From assembly GCA_963664825.1 (NCBI GenBank), contig OY761614.1, forward strand, positions 1,440,001 to 1,504,000: a stretch of DNA of 64,000 nucleotides. Direction: 5' to 3'. The DNA comes from an uncultured Holophaga sp. GTDB lineage: Bacteria; Acidobacteriota; Holophagae; Holophagales; Holophagaceae. Below, one piece after another: positions 1-9,732 of this stretch. Both the position numbers and the translations under genes were made by a program. Positions within the stretch are counted from its first letter, which is position 1. The number at the start of each line of letters is the position of its first letter. Under the pieces are notes generated by a model. The model was given only the letters and a program-made list of their open reading frames with translations. It made no database searches and was not told the DNA's origin.

Positions 1-885
1 CTGGGCATCGATCGGCGCTGGGACGGGAGCTTCGGCATCTTCCGCAACCCGGAGTGGCAGCTGGAGACCTCCCTGGCTCGGGATCAGGCGGGCCATGTAT
101 TCCAGCGCTACATAGGGGCCTATGCCCGCACGGATTTCACCAATTTCTTCAGCACCTGGGTCAATGCCAGCCTGGATCTACCGGTCGACGACGACCGGGA
201 ACTGAGGACCTTCGAGGATCCGGTGAAGAAGTATCTCCGCACGGATCGGATCCCCTCCCTCAACCTGGGTTTTGACACTCCCGGCAACCGCCCCTGGTAC
301 CTGCGCCTCGGAATCAGCCGGGCCTGGTACGAAGGGGGGCCCACCACGGACATGAGCCTGTACCAGTCCATCAAGCTGAATTCCGCCATCGAAGTGCAGC
401 TCAGCAGCACCACCACCCGCACCGAGGGGGAGCGGAAATACGTCACCCCCCCCGATGACACACCAGATGGCACAGCCCCCGTAACGGGCCTGCGCCGCCT
501 GGGCGAGTTCGACCAGACCCTGCGCATCTCGTACGCCCTGAGTCCCTCCTTCAGCGTCCAGTTCTTCAGCCAATGGCTGGACGCCAACTGGGCCTTCCGG
601 GACCTCAAACACTACCTGGATGACCGCACACTGGCGCCGGGACTTCCAGATGGCATGGTCAATCCCCAGGACGCCTACAGCAACCGGGTCTGGAACCTGA
701 ACCTCATCACCCGTTGGGAATTTAGGCCAGGCAGCGCCTTCTTCCTGGTATATACCCATGGGGTCGACACCGATGCGCTCATCAATAGCCGGGCCAGCCT
801 CAGTCCCCGCCCAGATCTCGCCATCCTGCGCCATCTGCCCAGTGATGACGCCATCCAGATGAAACTCAGCTGGCTATTCCGCTGA
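1..885 (+). CDS. C-terminal part of a DUF5916-like outer-membrane beta-barrel protein (5' end outside the window)
   Basis: Frame 1 is open from base 1 to TGA at 885. C-terminus NLITRWEFRPGSAFFLVYT...KLSWLFR matches the typical DUF5916 ending. Confidence 0.7.
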   Translation: MGIDRRWDGSFGIFRNPEWQLETSLARDQAGHVFQRYIGAYARTDFTNFFSTWVNASLDLPVDDDRELRTFEDPVKKYLRTDRIPSLNLGFDTPGNRPWYLRLGISRAWYEGGPTTDMSLYQSIKLNSAIEVQLSSTTTRTEGERKYVTPPDDTPDGTAPVTGLRRLGEFDQTLRISYALSPSFSVQFFSQWLDANWAFRDLKHYLDDRTLAPGLPDGMVNPQDAYSNRVWNLNLITRWEFRPGSAFFLVYTHGVDTDALINSRASLSPRPDLAILRHLPSDDAIQMKLSWLFR

Positions 886-2083
886 GCCATTCCGCCAGGC
901 GCGAGATATCCCCCTCTTCATGCCAGCCATGGAAGGCGATGCGCAGGTAGCCCTCGCGCGTGGAGGCGTAGATCCCGCGGTTCACGCCCTGGTCCAGGAG
1001 CTGCTGCAGGGCCTGGGGGCCGCGATCGCCGTGATGCAGGGCCAGGATGGGCCCCAGGCGCCCCCGCTCCAGCAGATCCCGGAGCCGGTAAGCCTCCTCC
1101 CGCCAGGCGGGCACGCCCCTGAGAGAGGCCAGGAATTGGTCCTGCATCTGCCATACATGGGCGGCGATGGCCTCCACGCCCACCCCCCGCAGCAGTTCGA
1201 GGGATTCCCCCAACCCCTTGCAGGCCATGAGATTGGGTGAACCCGGTTCCAGGCGACGCCCATCCTCCAGCCAGGCCCGGTCGTGGTCCGTGGAGGCTCG
1301 GGAGAAATCGGTGCCCCCTTCCACCGAGAGCCAGGTGCCCGTGGGGGTGAGCAGGGGTCGGAAATCCGGATGGGTCCACAGGAAACCGAGGCCCTGGGGG
1401 GCCAAGAGCCCCTTGTGTCCACCCGTGGAGAAGGCGCTCACATGCTGGAGATCAGGCAAGCCTGTGCCCGCGCCCTGGATGCCATCGACCACCAGGAAGA
1501 CACCCCGCTCCGCGCAGGCCGCGCCTAGCCTGGCCAGATCAAGCTTGAGGCCATCCTGGAAGCGCACCCAGGAAAGGGCCACCATGCGCGTCCTCAGCCC
1601 CAGGGACTTCAGGATGCGGGCCTCGAAGTCCTCGTTCGTGGGCGGAGGGGCACTCTCCCAGGCCTGGGCACCCGCCCGCTGGCCCTTCCAGAGGGCGACC
1701 TCCCGGAAGGAGACGCCTCTCGATTCCAGGGCCTTCCAGGGGTAGACATTGCTGGGAAATTCCCCCAGGGGCACCAGCACCTCGTCCCCGGCCCGCCAGG
1801 GATAGGCCTGGGCGATGGTGACTAGCCCCGAGGAGGTCGTGGGTGTCAGGCTGAGATCCTCGGCACGGCATCCCAGCACGGCAGCTCCGGCCAGGCGGGT
1901 CGCCTCCGGAATACCCAGGCAATCCTCCTTCCACTGGACCTCCCAGGGCAGCAGCTCCTTGTGGAGCCAATCCCGCACGCCCTTGACTACGGCCCTGGGT
2001 ACAGGGCCCTCGGAACAGTGCATCACCCAGAGATGGAAGGGATCCAGATGGAAGAGACCCGGGTTGAGGGGGGGAACGCTCAT
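866..2083 (-). CDS. Class V PLP-dependent aminotransferase / cysteine desulfurase-like enzyme
   Basis: Motifs [16 protein letters not shown] and [11 protein letters not shown] (PLP lysine). Start ATG at 2083 overlaps the thyX stop (ATGA). Confidence 0.85.
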   Translation of the reverse strand: MSVPPLNPGLFHLDPFHLWVMHCSEGPVPRAVVKGVRDWLHKELLPWEVQWKEDCLGIPEATRLAGAAVLGCRAEDLSLTPTTSSGLVTIAQAYPWRAGDEVLVPLGEFPSNVYPWKALESRGVSFREVALWKGQRAGAQAWESAPPPTNEDFEARILKSLGLRTRMVALSWVRFQDGLKLDLARLGAACAERGVFLVVDGIQGAGTGLPDLQHVSAFSTGGHKGLLAPQGLGFLWTHPDFRPLLTPTGTWLSVEGGTDFSRASTDHDRAWLEDGRRLEPGSPNLMACKGLGESLELLRGVGVEAIAAHVWQMQDQFLASLRGVPAWREEAYRLRDLLERGRLGPILALHHGDRGPQALQQLLDQGVNRGIYASTREGYLRIAFHGWHEEGDISRLAEWLSGIAS

Positions 2084-2760
2084 GCCATGGGCGCCTTCAT
2101 GAGGGCCTTCAGGCTTTCGGGAAAGAGGGGCTCGATGAGCTGGCGCACGGCTTCTGCATACTGACGGATCTCCCACTGGGCATGGCCATCCAGGCGCAGA
2201 TGCAGGAAATGGGCCGCGGCCTGGAGACTCACCGTCCAGTAGACCTCCGAGTAGAGTCCCAGGGGCAGGATGCAGCGGGCCTGTTCCCGGCAGACCCCCA
2301 GCTCGATCAGCTTCTTGTATTCGCTCACACTGTTCCGGCAGGCCGCCACGTAGCTTTCACGCGCCTGGGCACGATTGGCTTCGGCGATCTCCCCCTCGCT
2401 GCCTTGCTTATTAACCTTGGCCTGCTGACGGAAGCTCTCGGGAACGAAGAATTCGTCTTCGGGAAACTCCACGTAGCGGCCGCTGATCTCGTTGAAATCC
2501 GAGGCGACCCGGTGCTTCATCCACTGGCGGAAAACGAAGATGGGCGCCTTCACATGGAAGGTCAAATAGGCGTGGCGGAAGGGCGCCGTGTGCTCATGGG
2601 CCGCCAGATACTCCACCAGATCGGCGTCCTTGGCGTCGAAGGCCTCCTTGCGCTTGCCGAAGGAGACCCGCGCCGCGTTCACCACCGTCAGGTCCGTGCC
2701 CATGTGATCGATGAGGCGCACGAAGCCGCGGTCGAGGACGGGGATCGAGGTAGGGGACAT
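2080..2760 (-). CDS. thyX: FAD-dependent thymidylate synthase
   Basis: [28 protein letters not shown] (ThyX motif), [17 protein letters not shown]. Start ATG at 2760 with GGAG upstream. Confidence 0.95.
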   Translation of the reverse strand: MSPTSIPVLDRGFVRLIDHMGTDLTVVNAARVSFGKRKEAFDAKDADLVEYLAAHEHTAPFRHAYLTFHVKAPIFVFRQWMKHRVASDFNEISGRYVEFPEDEFFVPESFRQQAKVNKQGSEGEIAEANRAQARESYVAACRNSVSEYKKLIELGVCREQARCILPLGLYSEVYWTVSLQAAAHFLHLRLDGHAQWEIRQYAEAVRQLIEPLFPESLKALMKAPMA

Positions 2761-2829
2761 GGGAGACTCCAGGCTTTCAGCTTTGCGCCCGTCCTGAGAG
2801 AATGGAAGGGTTTCACCAAGGAGACTCCC

Positions 2830-3477
2830 ATGAAGTTCTTTATCGACACCGCCAATATCAACGAGATCAAGCGCATCAACGAATGGGGCATCCTGGATGG
2901 CGTTACGACCAATCCCAGCCTCATCGCCAAGGAATCCGGCAAGCCCTTCGAGGCGATCATCGAGGAGATCTGCGGCATCGTGGACGGCCCCATCAGCGCC
3001 GAGGTCATCAGCCTGGAGGCCGCGGGCATGATCCTGGAGGGTAAGAAACTGGCCAAGATCCATAAGAACGTGGTCGTCAAGCTCCCCCTCATTCCGGAAG
3101 GCCTGAAGGCCTGCAAGGCCCTCACCGCCGAAGGCATCAAGACCAACGTGACCCTCTGCTTCAGTGCCACCCAGGGCCTCATGGCCGCCAAGGCGGGCGC
3201 CACCTATGTATCGCCCTTCATCGGCCGCCTGGACGACTGCAACCATGTGGGCATGGAGCTCATTGAGGATCTGGTCAATATCTTCGCCAACTACGACCTG
3301 GACACCAATGTCCTGGCGGCCTCCATCCGCGGCCCCCGCCACGTCACGGAAGCCGCCCTGGCCGGTGCCCACGTGGCCACCATCCCCACCAAGGTCTTCG
3401 ATCAGATGATCCAGCATCCCCTGACCGATAAAGGCATCGAGGGCTTCATGGCCGATTGGCGGAAGAGCGGCCGCTAG
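2830..3477 (+). CDS. tal: Transaldolase (small FSA/TalC type)
   Basis: [26 protein letters not shown] (Glu) and SPFIGR (Phe) indicate transaldolase rather than FSA chemistry. RBS AGGAG. Confidence 0.92.
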   Translation: MKFFIDTANINEIKRINEWGILDGVTTNPSLIAKESGKPFEAIIEEICGIVDGPISAEVISLEAAGMILEGKKLAKIHKNVVVKLPLIPEGLKACKALTAEGIKTNVTLCFSATQGLMAAKAGATYVSPFIGRLDDCNHVGMELIEDLVNIFANYDLDTNVLAASIRGPRHVTEAALAGAHVATIPTKVFDQMIQHPLTDKGIEGFMADWRKSGR

Positions 3478-3494
3478 AACTTCCTTTTCTCTTT

Positions 3495-3531
3495 AAAAAG
3501 CGGGGATCGGCCATGCCGATTCCCGCTTTTT
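3495..3531. terminator. Intrinsic terminator after tal, probably bidirectional
   Basis: AAAAAGCGGGGATCGG-ccatg-CCGATTCCCGCTTTTT hairpin with A and T tails. Confidence 0.85.
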
Positions 3532-3559
3532 AAGCGTATAAATGGCCCCGGAGGATCCC

Positions 3560-4036
3560 ATGACCGCCGAAGCCCGCGCCGAACGCCTTCTCGCCTATGC
3601 CCAGGGACCCGCTCATCTGCGGGAGTGCTTAGTGGCCTGCCCCGAGGAGGCCCTGGATTACCGTCCCGCTCCGGGCAAGTGGACGGTGCGGGAGGTGGTC
3701 TTTCACCTGGCTGAAGCCGAGCTCCAGGGTTATCTGCGGGCCCGCACCATCATGGCTCAGCCCCGCAGCCCGATACCAGCCTATGACCAAGATGCCTGGG
3801 CCTCCAGCCTGGACCCGACCCATCCACTGGAGGAGGCCCTGGAACTCTTCCGACTGCTCCGGGAAATCCTGGCCCGCCAGTTGCGAGGACTCCCAGAATC
3901 CGCATGGAGTCAGTGGGTCCTGCATCCGGAGCGGGGCGAGGTCAGCCTGGAAAGGTGGCTGGAGATCTACGAAAAACACCTGGGGGACCATCTGGCCCAG
4001 ATCGCCCGCAACCTGGAAACCTGGAGGCGGCGCTGA
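3560..4036 (+). CDS. DinB/YfiT family protein
   Basis: PAPGKWTVREVVFHL, YDQDAWA, HLGDH metal-ligand pattern. GGAGG precedes ATG 3560. Confidence 0.85.
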   Translation: MTAEARAERLLAYAQGPAHLRECLVACPEEALDYRPAPGKWTVREVVFHLAEAELQGYLRARTIMAQPRSPIPAYDQDAWASSLDPTHPLEEALELFRLLREILARQLRGLPESAWSQWVLHPERGEVSLERWLEIYEKHLGDHLAQIARNLETWRRR

Positions 4037-4106
4037 GTCCTTGAGAACCAAGGACCTTAGGGATTCTCTGCCGGGGGGCTATAATTCAAGGTTTTGATCC
4101 GGAACC

Positions 4107-4394
4107 ATGATGCTCACCCTCCTCCTCGCCAGCCTTGTCGCGGCTCCCCCTGCCGGGGACTCCTGGTCCGTCTCCATTCGTCCGGCCGTTGTGGTCGCGA
4201 TGGAGGAACAGGGCTCAGACCTGCCAGAGGCCCCCGAAGGCCGAGGGGCTCAGACCCAGGGTGCACCCCACCTGGCGCGCGCCCAGGCCCTGACGCCTAG
4301 ATTACGCACCCGTAAGTCCAGGGCCTCGCACAAGAAACGCGAGACGGGTTCCTTTCCGCCGAGAATTCGACGCCCCATTCAGGAGATTCCATGA
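4107..4394 (+). CDS. Small hypothetical protein with signal-peptide-like N-terminus
   Basis: Hydrophobic start [19 protein letters not shown] at 4080-4085 upstream. Stop overlaps the next ATG (ATGA). No family recognised. Confidence 0.4.
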   Translation: MMLTLLLASLVAAPPAGDSWSVSIRPAVVVAMEEQGSDLPEAPEGRGAQTQGAPHLARAQALTPRLRTRKSRASHKKRETGSFPPRIRRPIQEIP

Positions 4395-5926
4395 CCCTTC
4401 ACGTGAAGATCGAGAAGCTACGCGCTAAATACGAGGCGGCCCTGAAGGGCGGCGGCCAGGCGCGCATCGAGAAGCAGCATCAGGGCGGCAAACTCACGGC
4501 CCGGGAGCGCATCGCCGCCTTCCTGGACGAGGGTTCCTTCGAGGAAGTGGATGCCCTCATGGTGAACCCCAATCCCGGCGAGCAGATCCCGGGGGATGGC
4601 GTCGTGACGGGCTTCGGCCGAGTGGAAGGCCGCCCCGTGGCCCTCTTCGCCCAGGACTTCACGGTGGTGGGTGGCAGCCTCTCCCTCACCCAAGCTAAGA
4701 AGATCTGCAAGGTCATGGATATGGCCATGAAGGTGGGCTGCCCCTGCATCGGCATGAACGATTCCGGCGGCGCCCGCATCCAGGAGGGCGTGAACTCCCT
4801 GGCGGGCTACGCGGAGATCTTCCTGCGCAATACCATGGCCTCGGGGGTCATCCCCCAGATCAGCCTCATCATGGGCCCCTGCGCGGGAGGCGCGGTCTAC
4901 AGCCCCGCCATCACCGACTTCATCACCATGGTGCGCAATACCAGCTACATGTTCGTGACCGGTCCCGAAGTCATCAAGGCCGTCACCCACGAGGATGTGA
5001 CCAAGGAGGAACTGGGTGGCGCCTCGGCCCATGGTTACAAGTCCGGCGTGGCCCATTTCGTGGTGCCCAGCGATCTGGCGGCCCTGGCCCACACACGGGA
5101 ACTGCTCTCCTTCCTGCCCTCCAACAACATGGGCGAAGCGCCCCGCCGAGCCCCCCTGATGGATATGGCTCTGGAGAATGCGGCCCTGGACGAGATCGTG
5201 CCCGGCGACCCAGGCAAACCCTACGATATGCGCCTGCTCATCAAGGGCATCGTGGACGACGCCCACTTCTTCGAAGTGATGGAAGGCTATGCGGGCAATA
5301 TCGTCGTCGGCTTCGCCCGCCTCGAGGGCCGCTCCGTGGGCATCGTGGCCAACCAACCCGCCCACTTGGCCGGCGTGCTCGATATCTCCGCCTCGGAAAA
5401 GGGGGCCCGTTTCGTGCGCTTCTGTGACGCCTTCAACATCCCCCTCATCGTCTTCGAGGATGTGCCCGGCTTCCTCCCCGGCGTGAACCAGGAGCACCAC
5501 GGACTCATCAAGAATGGCGCCAAGCTCCTCTACGCCTTCTGCGAGGCCACCGTGCCCAAGCTCACGGTGATCACGCGCAAGGCCTACGGTGGGGCCTACA
5601 TCGTGATGGCCTCCAAGCACATCCGCACGGACTTCAACTTCGCCTACCCCACCGCGGAAATCGCCGTCATGGGCGCCGAGGGCGCCGCCAACGTGCTCTA
5701 CGCCAAGGAGATCAGCAAGGCCGAAGATCCCATCGCCAAGCGCGCCGAGATCATCGCCAAATACAACGAGGACTTCGCCAATCCCTATGTGGCCGCGGGC
5801 CTGGGCTACGTGGACGAGGTAATCCTGCCCCGGGAGACCCGCAAGAAGCTGGTGCGCGCCCTGGGATTGCTGGAGACCAAGCGTGATTCCATGCCCCCCA
5901 AGAAGCACGGGAACATCCCACTGTAG
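4391..5926 (+). CDS. pccB: Acyl-CoA carboxylase carboxyltransferase subunit (propionyl-CoA carboxylase beta / methylmalonyl-CoA decarboxylase alpha family)
   Basis: [47 protein letters not shown]. Confidence 0.9.
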   Translation: MTLHVKIEKLRAKYEAALKGGGQARIEKQHQGGKLTARERIAAFLDEGSFEEVDALMVNPNPGEQIPGDGVVTGFGRVEGRPVALFAQDFTVVGGSLSLTQAKKICKVMDMAMKVGCPCIGMNDSGGARIQEGVNSLAGYAEIFLRNTMASGVIPQISLIMGPCAGGAVYSPAITDFITMVRNTSYMFVTGPEVIKAVTHEDVTKEELGGASAHGYKSGVAHFVVPSDLAALAHTRELLSFLPSNNMGEAPRRAPLMDMALENAALDEIVPGDPGKPYDMRLLIKGIVDDAHFFEVMEGYAGNIVVGFARLEGRSVGIVANQPAHLAGVLDISASEKGARFVRFCDAFNIPLIVFEDVPGFLPGVNQEHHGLIKNGAKLLYAFCEATVPKLTVITRKAYGGAYIVMASKHIRTDFNFAYPTAEIAVMGAEGAANVLYAKEISKAEDPIAKRAEIIAKYNEDFANPYVAAGLGYVDEVILPRETRKKLVRALGLLETKRDSMPPKKHGNIPL

Positions 5927-5978
5927 GTAGCCCTCCCGACCTGCCGCTATTCTCGAACATCCTACCCCCGGAGGCTCC

Positions 5979-6056
5979 ATGCAATTGTTGATCGCCTTCA
6001 CCCTGGTCGCCCGAATCAACGAGAAACCCCTCGCCCCAACCCAGGGCGTCCTTTGA
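5979..6056 (+). CDS. Putative 25-aa peptide MQLLIAFTLVARINEKPLAPTQGVL
   Basis: GGAGG RBS 4 nt upstream of ATG 5979, TGA at 6054-6056. Below the ORF-track cutoff. Directly precedes two CPBP genes. Confidence 0.45.
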   Translation: MQLLIAFTLVARINEKPLAPTQGVL

Positions 6057-6118
6057 TCAGGCTGCCGGGCCTGCCCCCGCTGCCCCACCCCTCCCATGCG
6101 GGCTGGCCCGCCTTCCTG

Positions 6119-7006
6119 ATGGCCTTTCTGCTGCGGAAGGACCGGCGCCTGCGGCAAGGTTGGCGCGTTCTGTTGTTCCTGATGGCCTGGTTCCTCCTGG
6201 GCCCCCTGATCTCCACGCCCGTGGGCCTGATCTTCAATGGCCGGCAGATTTCCGAATGGATTACGCCCCTCCTGGCAGGCCTCGTGACCCTGCTGGTGAG
6301 CTGGGCCTTCCTGGCCCTGGAAGGCCGTCCCATCACCTCCCTGGGCCTCCTGCTCAACCGCCGATGGGTTCGCCAGCTCCTGGGCGGCCTCCTGGGAGGA
6401 CTGCTACTGGCGGGACTTCCGGCCCTCTTCCTGGCCTCCCTGGGGGGTATTCACTGGCACGTCAGTGAAGCCCACGTGATCCCCGCCATTCTCAGCGGCC
6501 TCCTGCTGGCGGGAACCCAGGCCTTCAGCCAGGAGATCTTCGCCCGGGGCTACATCTTCCAGCGACTCATCGCAGGGGTAGGACGCTGGCCTGCTCAGAT
6601 CATCGTGGCCCTCGGCTTCCTGCTCATGCATGGGCTCGCGCCCACGGCGACCGGACTCCCCCGCCTGCTGGACCTGCTGGCCCTGGCCCTGATGTCCCTC
6701 ATGCTGGGTGAAGCTTGGCTGCGGGGTCGCAGCCTCGCCCTGCCCCTGGGCCTTCACGCGGGTTGGAGCTTTGCCCAGTGCACGCTCATGGGCTTCGCCA
6801 TCAGCGGGCATCACGCGCCGGGATTGTTTCTCCCCACACCCAATCCCGCCTTTCACCCCTGGCTCACAGGGGGTGCCTCCGGGTTCGAGGCTTCCCTGCC
6901 TGGCCTGGCCGTGGCCTCTCTCGCCCTCCTCCTCCTTCTCCTGGGCAACCGCCGCCTGAGGCAGACCCAAGCCCCCGATTGGGACGAGACCACGCGGATC
7001 TTTTAG
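6119..7006 (+). CDS. CPBP (CAAX/Abi) family intramembrane protease-like protein with degenerate motifs
   Basis: Multi-TM. SQEIFARGY (EExxxR motif reads QE), FLLMH, LHAGWS, WLTGGASGFEAS. N-terminus aligns with the downstream paralog. Confidence 0.8.
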   Translation: MAFLLRKDRRLRQGWRVLLFLMAWFLLGPLISTPVGLIFNGRQISEWITPLLAGLVTLLVSWAFLALEGRPITSLGLLLNRRWVRQLLGGLLGGLLLAGLPALFLASLGGIHWHVSEAHVIPAILSGLLLAGTQAFSQEIFARGYIFQRLIAGVGRWPAQIIVALGFLLMHGLAPTATGLPRLLDLLALALMSLMLGEAWLRGRSLALPLGLHAGWSFAQCTLMGFAISGHHAPGLFLPTPNPAFHPWLTGGASGFEASLPGLAVASLALLLLLLGNRRLRQTQAPDWDETTRIF

Positions 7007-7007
7007 G

Positions 7008-7862
7008 ATGGAGCCCCGCATCTTCGGCCTGCTCCTGGATCCCGAGGGCCGCCTCCGCAGCGGCTGGAAGGCCTTGGCCTTCCTGGTCACCCTGTCCTTG
7101 GTCAACGGCCTAGCGCAATTCGGGTTCGGAAGATGGATGAACGGGCCTCTCGGAGAAGGGCTGCCCGCCCTCCTGGCCCTGGGCCTCAGCTGGGCCGCCC
7201 TGCGCCTCGAAGGCCGGACCCTGCCCAGCCTGGGCCTGCGCCTGGATCTCGCATGGGCTCGGGATCTGGCCCTGGGAATCCTGGCTGGAGGCACCATCAT
7301 CGGAGCTGCCGCCCTGATCCTGAGGGCCGCAGGCGGCTTCACCTGGGAGACCTGCCCCCTGGCCAGCGGTCGTCCCCTGTTGCAGAGCGGCTGCGTCTTC
7401 CTCTTGGTGGCCATCAACGAGGAGGCGACCTTCCGGGGCTACCCCTTCCAGCGGATGGTCGAGGGGCTCGGCCCCTGGGCCGCCCAGCTGCTCTTCGCGG
7501 CCTTCTTCGCCCTCGGACACTGGAGCAACCCCGGCATCCAGTCTGCGGGCCCGGCCTTGAAGGTCGTGACTACCCTCAATATCGCCCTGGCGGCCGTCCT
7601 GCTGGGCCTGGCCTACCTCCGCACCCACAGCCTGGCCCTCCCCATGGGCATCCACTGGGCCTGGAATTGGACCCAGGGCAGCCTGTTGGGATTTCCAGTG
7701 AGCGGAACGGGCAGCCCCATCGCTCCCCTCAAGCCATTGTTGAATGCCCGTCCGGACTGGTTCACCGGCGGCCCCGTGGGACTCGAGGGCAGCCTCGCCT
7801 GCACCTTGGTCTGCCTCGGCTTCATCGGGCTGCTCCTCGCCTGGCGAGGCCGGGAGGCCTGA
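7008..7862 (+). CDS. CPBP (CAAX/Abi) family intramembrane glutamic protease
   Basis: Intact NEEATFRGY, FALGH, IHWAWN, WFTGGPVGLEGS. Confidence 0.9.
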   Translation: MEPRIFGLLLDPEGRLRSGWKALAFLVTLSLVNGLAQFGFGRWMNGPLGEGLPALLALGLSWAALRLEGRTLPSLGLRLDLAWARDLALGILAGGTIIGAAALILRAAGGFTWETCPLASGRPLLQSGCVFLLVAINEEATFRGYPFQRMVEGLGPWAAQLLFAAFFALGHWSNPGIQSAGPALKVVTTLNIALAAVLLGLAYLRTHSLALPMGIHWAWNWTQGSLLGFPVSGTGSPIAPLKPLLNARPDWFTGGPVGLEGSLACTLVCLGFIGLLLAWRGREA

Positions 7863-7884
7863 CGCTTCGCGGTATCCTGAGACC

Positions 7885-8661
7885 ATGCGCTACGCCTCCC
7901 TCGCCTCGGGTTCCAAGGGGAACTGCCATGCTCTGACGGACGGGGACCGGACCCTGCTCATCGATGCGGGCCTCTCCTACCTGCAGATCCGCACGCGCCT
8001 GGAGATCCTGGGCTGGAGCCTAGCCACCGTGAAGGCCGTGGCCTTCACCCATGAGCATTCGGACCACATCGCAGCCCTTCCCGTGCTGCTCAAACACACG
8101 GACTGGTCCATCCTCGCCACCGAGGAAACCCTGAAGGCCATCTGCCAAATCAAGGGCGTCCAGGTGCCCGCGGAGCGCTGGATCCCCCTGCGGCCGGGTC
8201 ACGCCACGGACTGGGAGGGTTGGCGCATCCTGCCCTTCTCGACCCCCCATGACGCCACCGATCCCGTGGCCTACCGGGTGGAGATGGGAGGCATGGCCGC
8301 CGCTGTCGTCACGGACCTGGGACATCCCACGGCCCTGGTGACCGATCACTGCCAGGGCCTGGACCTCCTGGCTCTGGAGGCCAATCACGATATCCGGATG
8401 CTGCGGGAGGGCGATTACCCGCCGGTCCTGAAGGCGCGCATCCTCAGCCGCGTGGGCCACCTCAGCAACGAATCCACAGCCGAGCTCCTGGACCGGGTGC
8501 GTTCCCCCCGTCTGCGCGCCGTGGTGCTGGCCCATCTCAGTGAGCAGAACAACGAACCCGCACTGGCCCGTTTCGCCGCGGAAGAAGCCCTGCGGGAATC
8601 CGGGATTCTCGTCCATGTGGCCTCCCAGCGGGAGCCCTTGGCCGTTGCGGCGACCTCCTAA
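7885..8661 (+). CDS. MBL-fold metallo-hydrolase (YycJ/WalJ-like)
   Basis: LASGSKGNC, THEHSDH, PHDA, TDLG, LEANHD, GHLSNE, LAHLSEQNN. Confidence 0.9.
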   Translation: MRYASLASGSKGNCHALTDGDRTLLIDAGLSYLQIRTRLEILGWSLATVKAVAFTHEHSDHIAALPVLLKHTDWSILATEETLKAICQIKGVQVPAERWIPLRPGHATDWEGWRILPFSTPHDATDPVAYRVEMGGMAAAVVTDLGHPTALVTDHCQGLDLLALEANHDIRMLREGDYPPVLKARILSRVGHLSNESTAELLDRVRSPRLRAVVLAHLSEQNNEPALARFAAEEALRESGILVHVASQREPLAVAATS

Positions 8662-8679
8662 CCGGCGCAGGATGGCTCC

Positions 8680-9732
8680 ATGACACGCACACGACTGATC
8701 ACCCTCCTGGCCCTGGCCTCTGGCGCGCTCTCGGCTCAGGCGCCGATCTTCGCCGATGGCGCGGCCCTGGGCGGTTCCCGGGTATTCTCCGAGGGCCTCA
8801 ACCCCCTGGGCAATCCGGCCCGCTTCAATAAGCCCGCCACCGGCGTCTACCTGGGTTGGGCCGAGGGGGACGAGGGTTCCAAGGACACCAAGACGGCCCT
8901 CGAAGGTTTCTCCAATCCGGCCCGCTTCGCGAGCGACTTGGCCACTCTCGCCGATAAGTCCTGGGCCCAGCGCACCCGCAGCTTCGGCCTGGCGTACTCG
9001 GACAAGGGCACCTACGGCTCCTATACGAGGGAGGAAAACACGGGCCTCATGGCGAGGCCGGATCTGGATCCCAACCATCTGGGCACGGGCCTCGCCCTGA
9101 ATACGACCACCGTGGATGTGCGGCGTACGGTGGTGGATCGAGTCTGCCTGGGGGCCGGGGCCTTTGACCAGGGCACGGGCTACGGCATCTCCCTCCGGGT
9201 GGAGCGATGGAAGACCGGCCAGGCCATCGCGGCCCTCAATCCGGCCCCGGATCAAATTCCCCTGGATGGACAGGATCTCCTCGCCTACCAGGACACCTTT
9301 GGCAAGACCCGGAACGTCCTCACCCTGGATCTCGGCTACATCCAGGAACTCGTGCAGGGCATTCGATTCGGCGCCACGGTGGACCGGCTCCTGGCCCGAC
9401 ACTTCGGGGATGTTTACGAGGGCCCCCAGGCCCGGGCGGGCTTCCAGGTGGACCTGGGCGCGACCGTGCAATTGAGCGTGGACTCGGATATCAACAAGGC
9501 CATGCGCATGCCCTTCCCCGTGCGACAGCGGATCTCCACGGCCTCCCTGCGAATGAATCCGAACGCCTCCTTCACCCTGGTCATCGGAGCCGAACGACGC
9601 GAACTGGAGGGCCAGGCCCTCATCCGGGGCGGCATAACCCTCTTCGTGCATGGGGGCGGATGGCACATTGGGGCAGGCATCCAGGCCAGCCAGGACCGCC
9701 CCATGAAGGGTGCCGCGCTCTCGGTGTTTTGA
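8680..9732 (+). CDS. Secreted outer-membrane beta-barrel-like protein (TraF/PorV-like appearance)
   Basis: Signal peptide, NPLGNPA near the N-terminus, amphipathic beta strands, C-terminal Phe. Confidence 0.55.
   Translation: MTRTRLITLLALASGALSAQAPIFADGAALGGSRVFSEGLNPLGNPARFNKPATGVYLGWAEGDEGSKDTKTALEGFSNPARFASDLATLADKSWAQRTRSFGLAYSDKGTYGSYTREENTGLMARPDLDPNHLGTGLALNTTTVDVRRTVVDRVCLGAGAFDQGTGYGISLRVERWKTGQAIAALNPAPDQIPLDGQDLLAYQDTFGKTRNVLTLDLGYIQELVQGIRFGATVDRLLARHFGDVYEGPQARAGFQVDLGATVQLSVDSDINKAMRMPFPVRQRISTASLRMNPNASFTLVIGAERRELEGQALIRGGITLFVHGGGWHIGAGIQASQDRPMKGAALSVF

Noticed and set aside
2080..3477. 445-aa and 431-aa extended ORFs over thyX and tal
   Set aside because: Each extension is the antisense of the divergent neighbour. 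The real starts at 2760 and 2830 have RBSs.
4395..4410. CTTCACGTGAAG palindrome as a fifth parS
   Set aside because: The outer arms lack the GTT/AAC bases, so there are too many mismatches.
8680..9732. Conjugative element implied by the TraF-like protein
   Set aside because: No relaxase, VirB4, coupling protein or integrase in the window, and composition is host-like.
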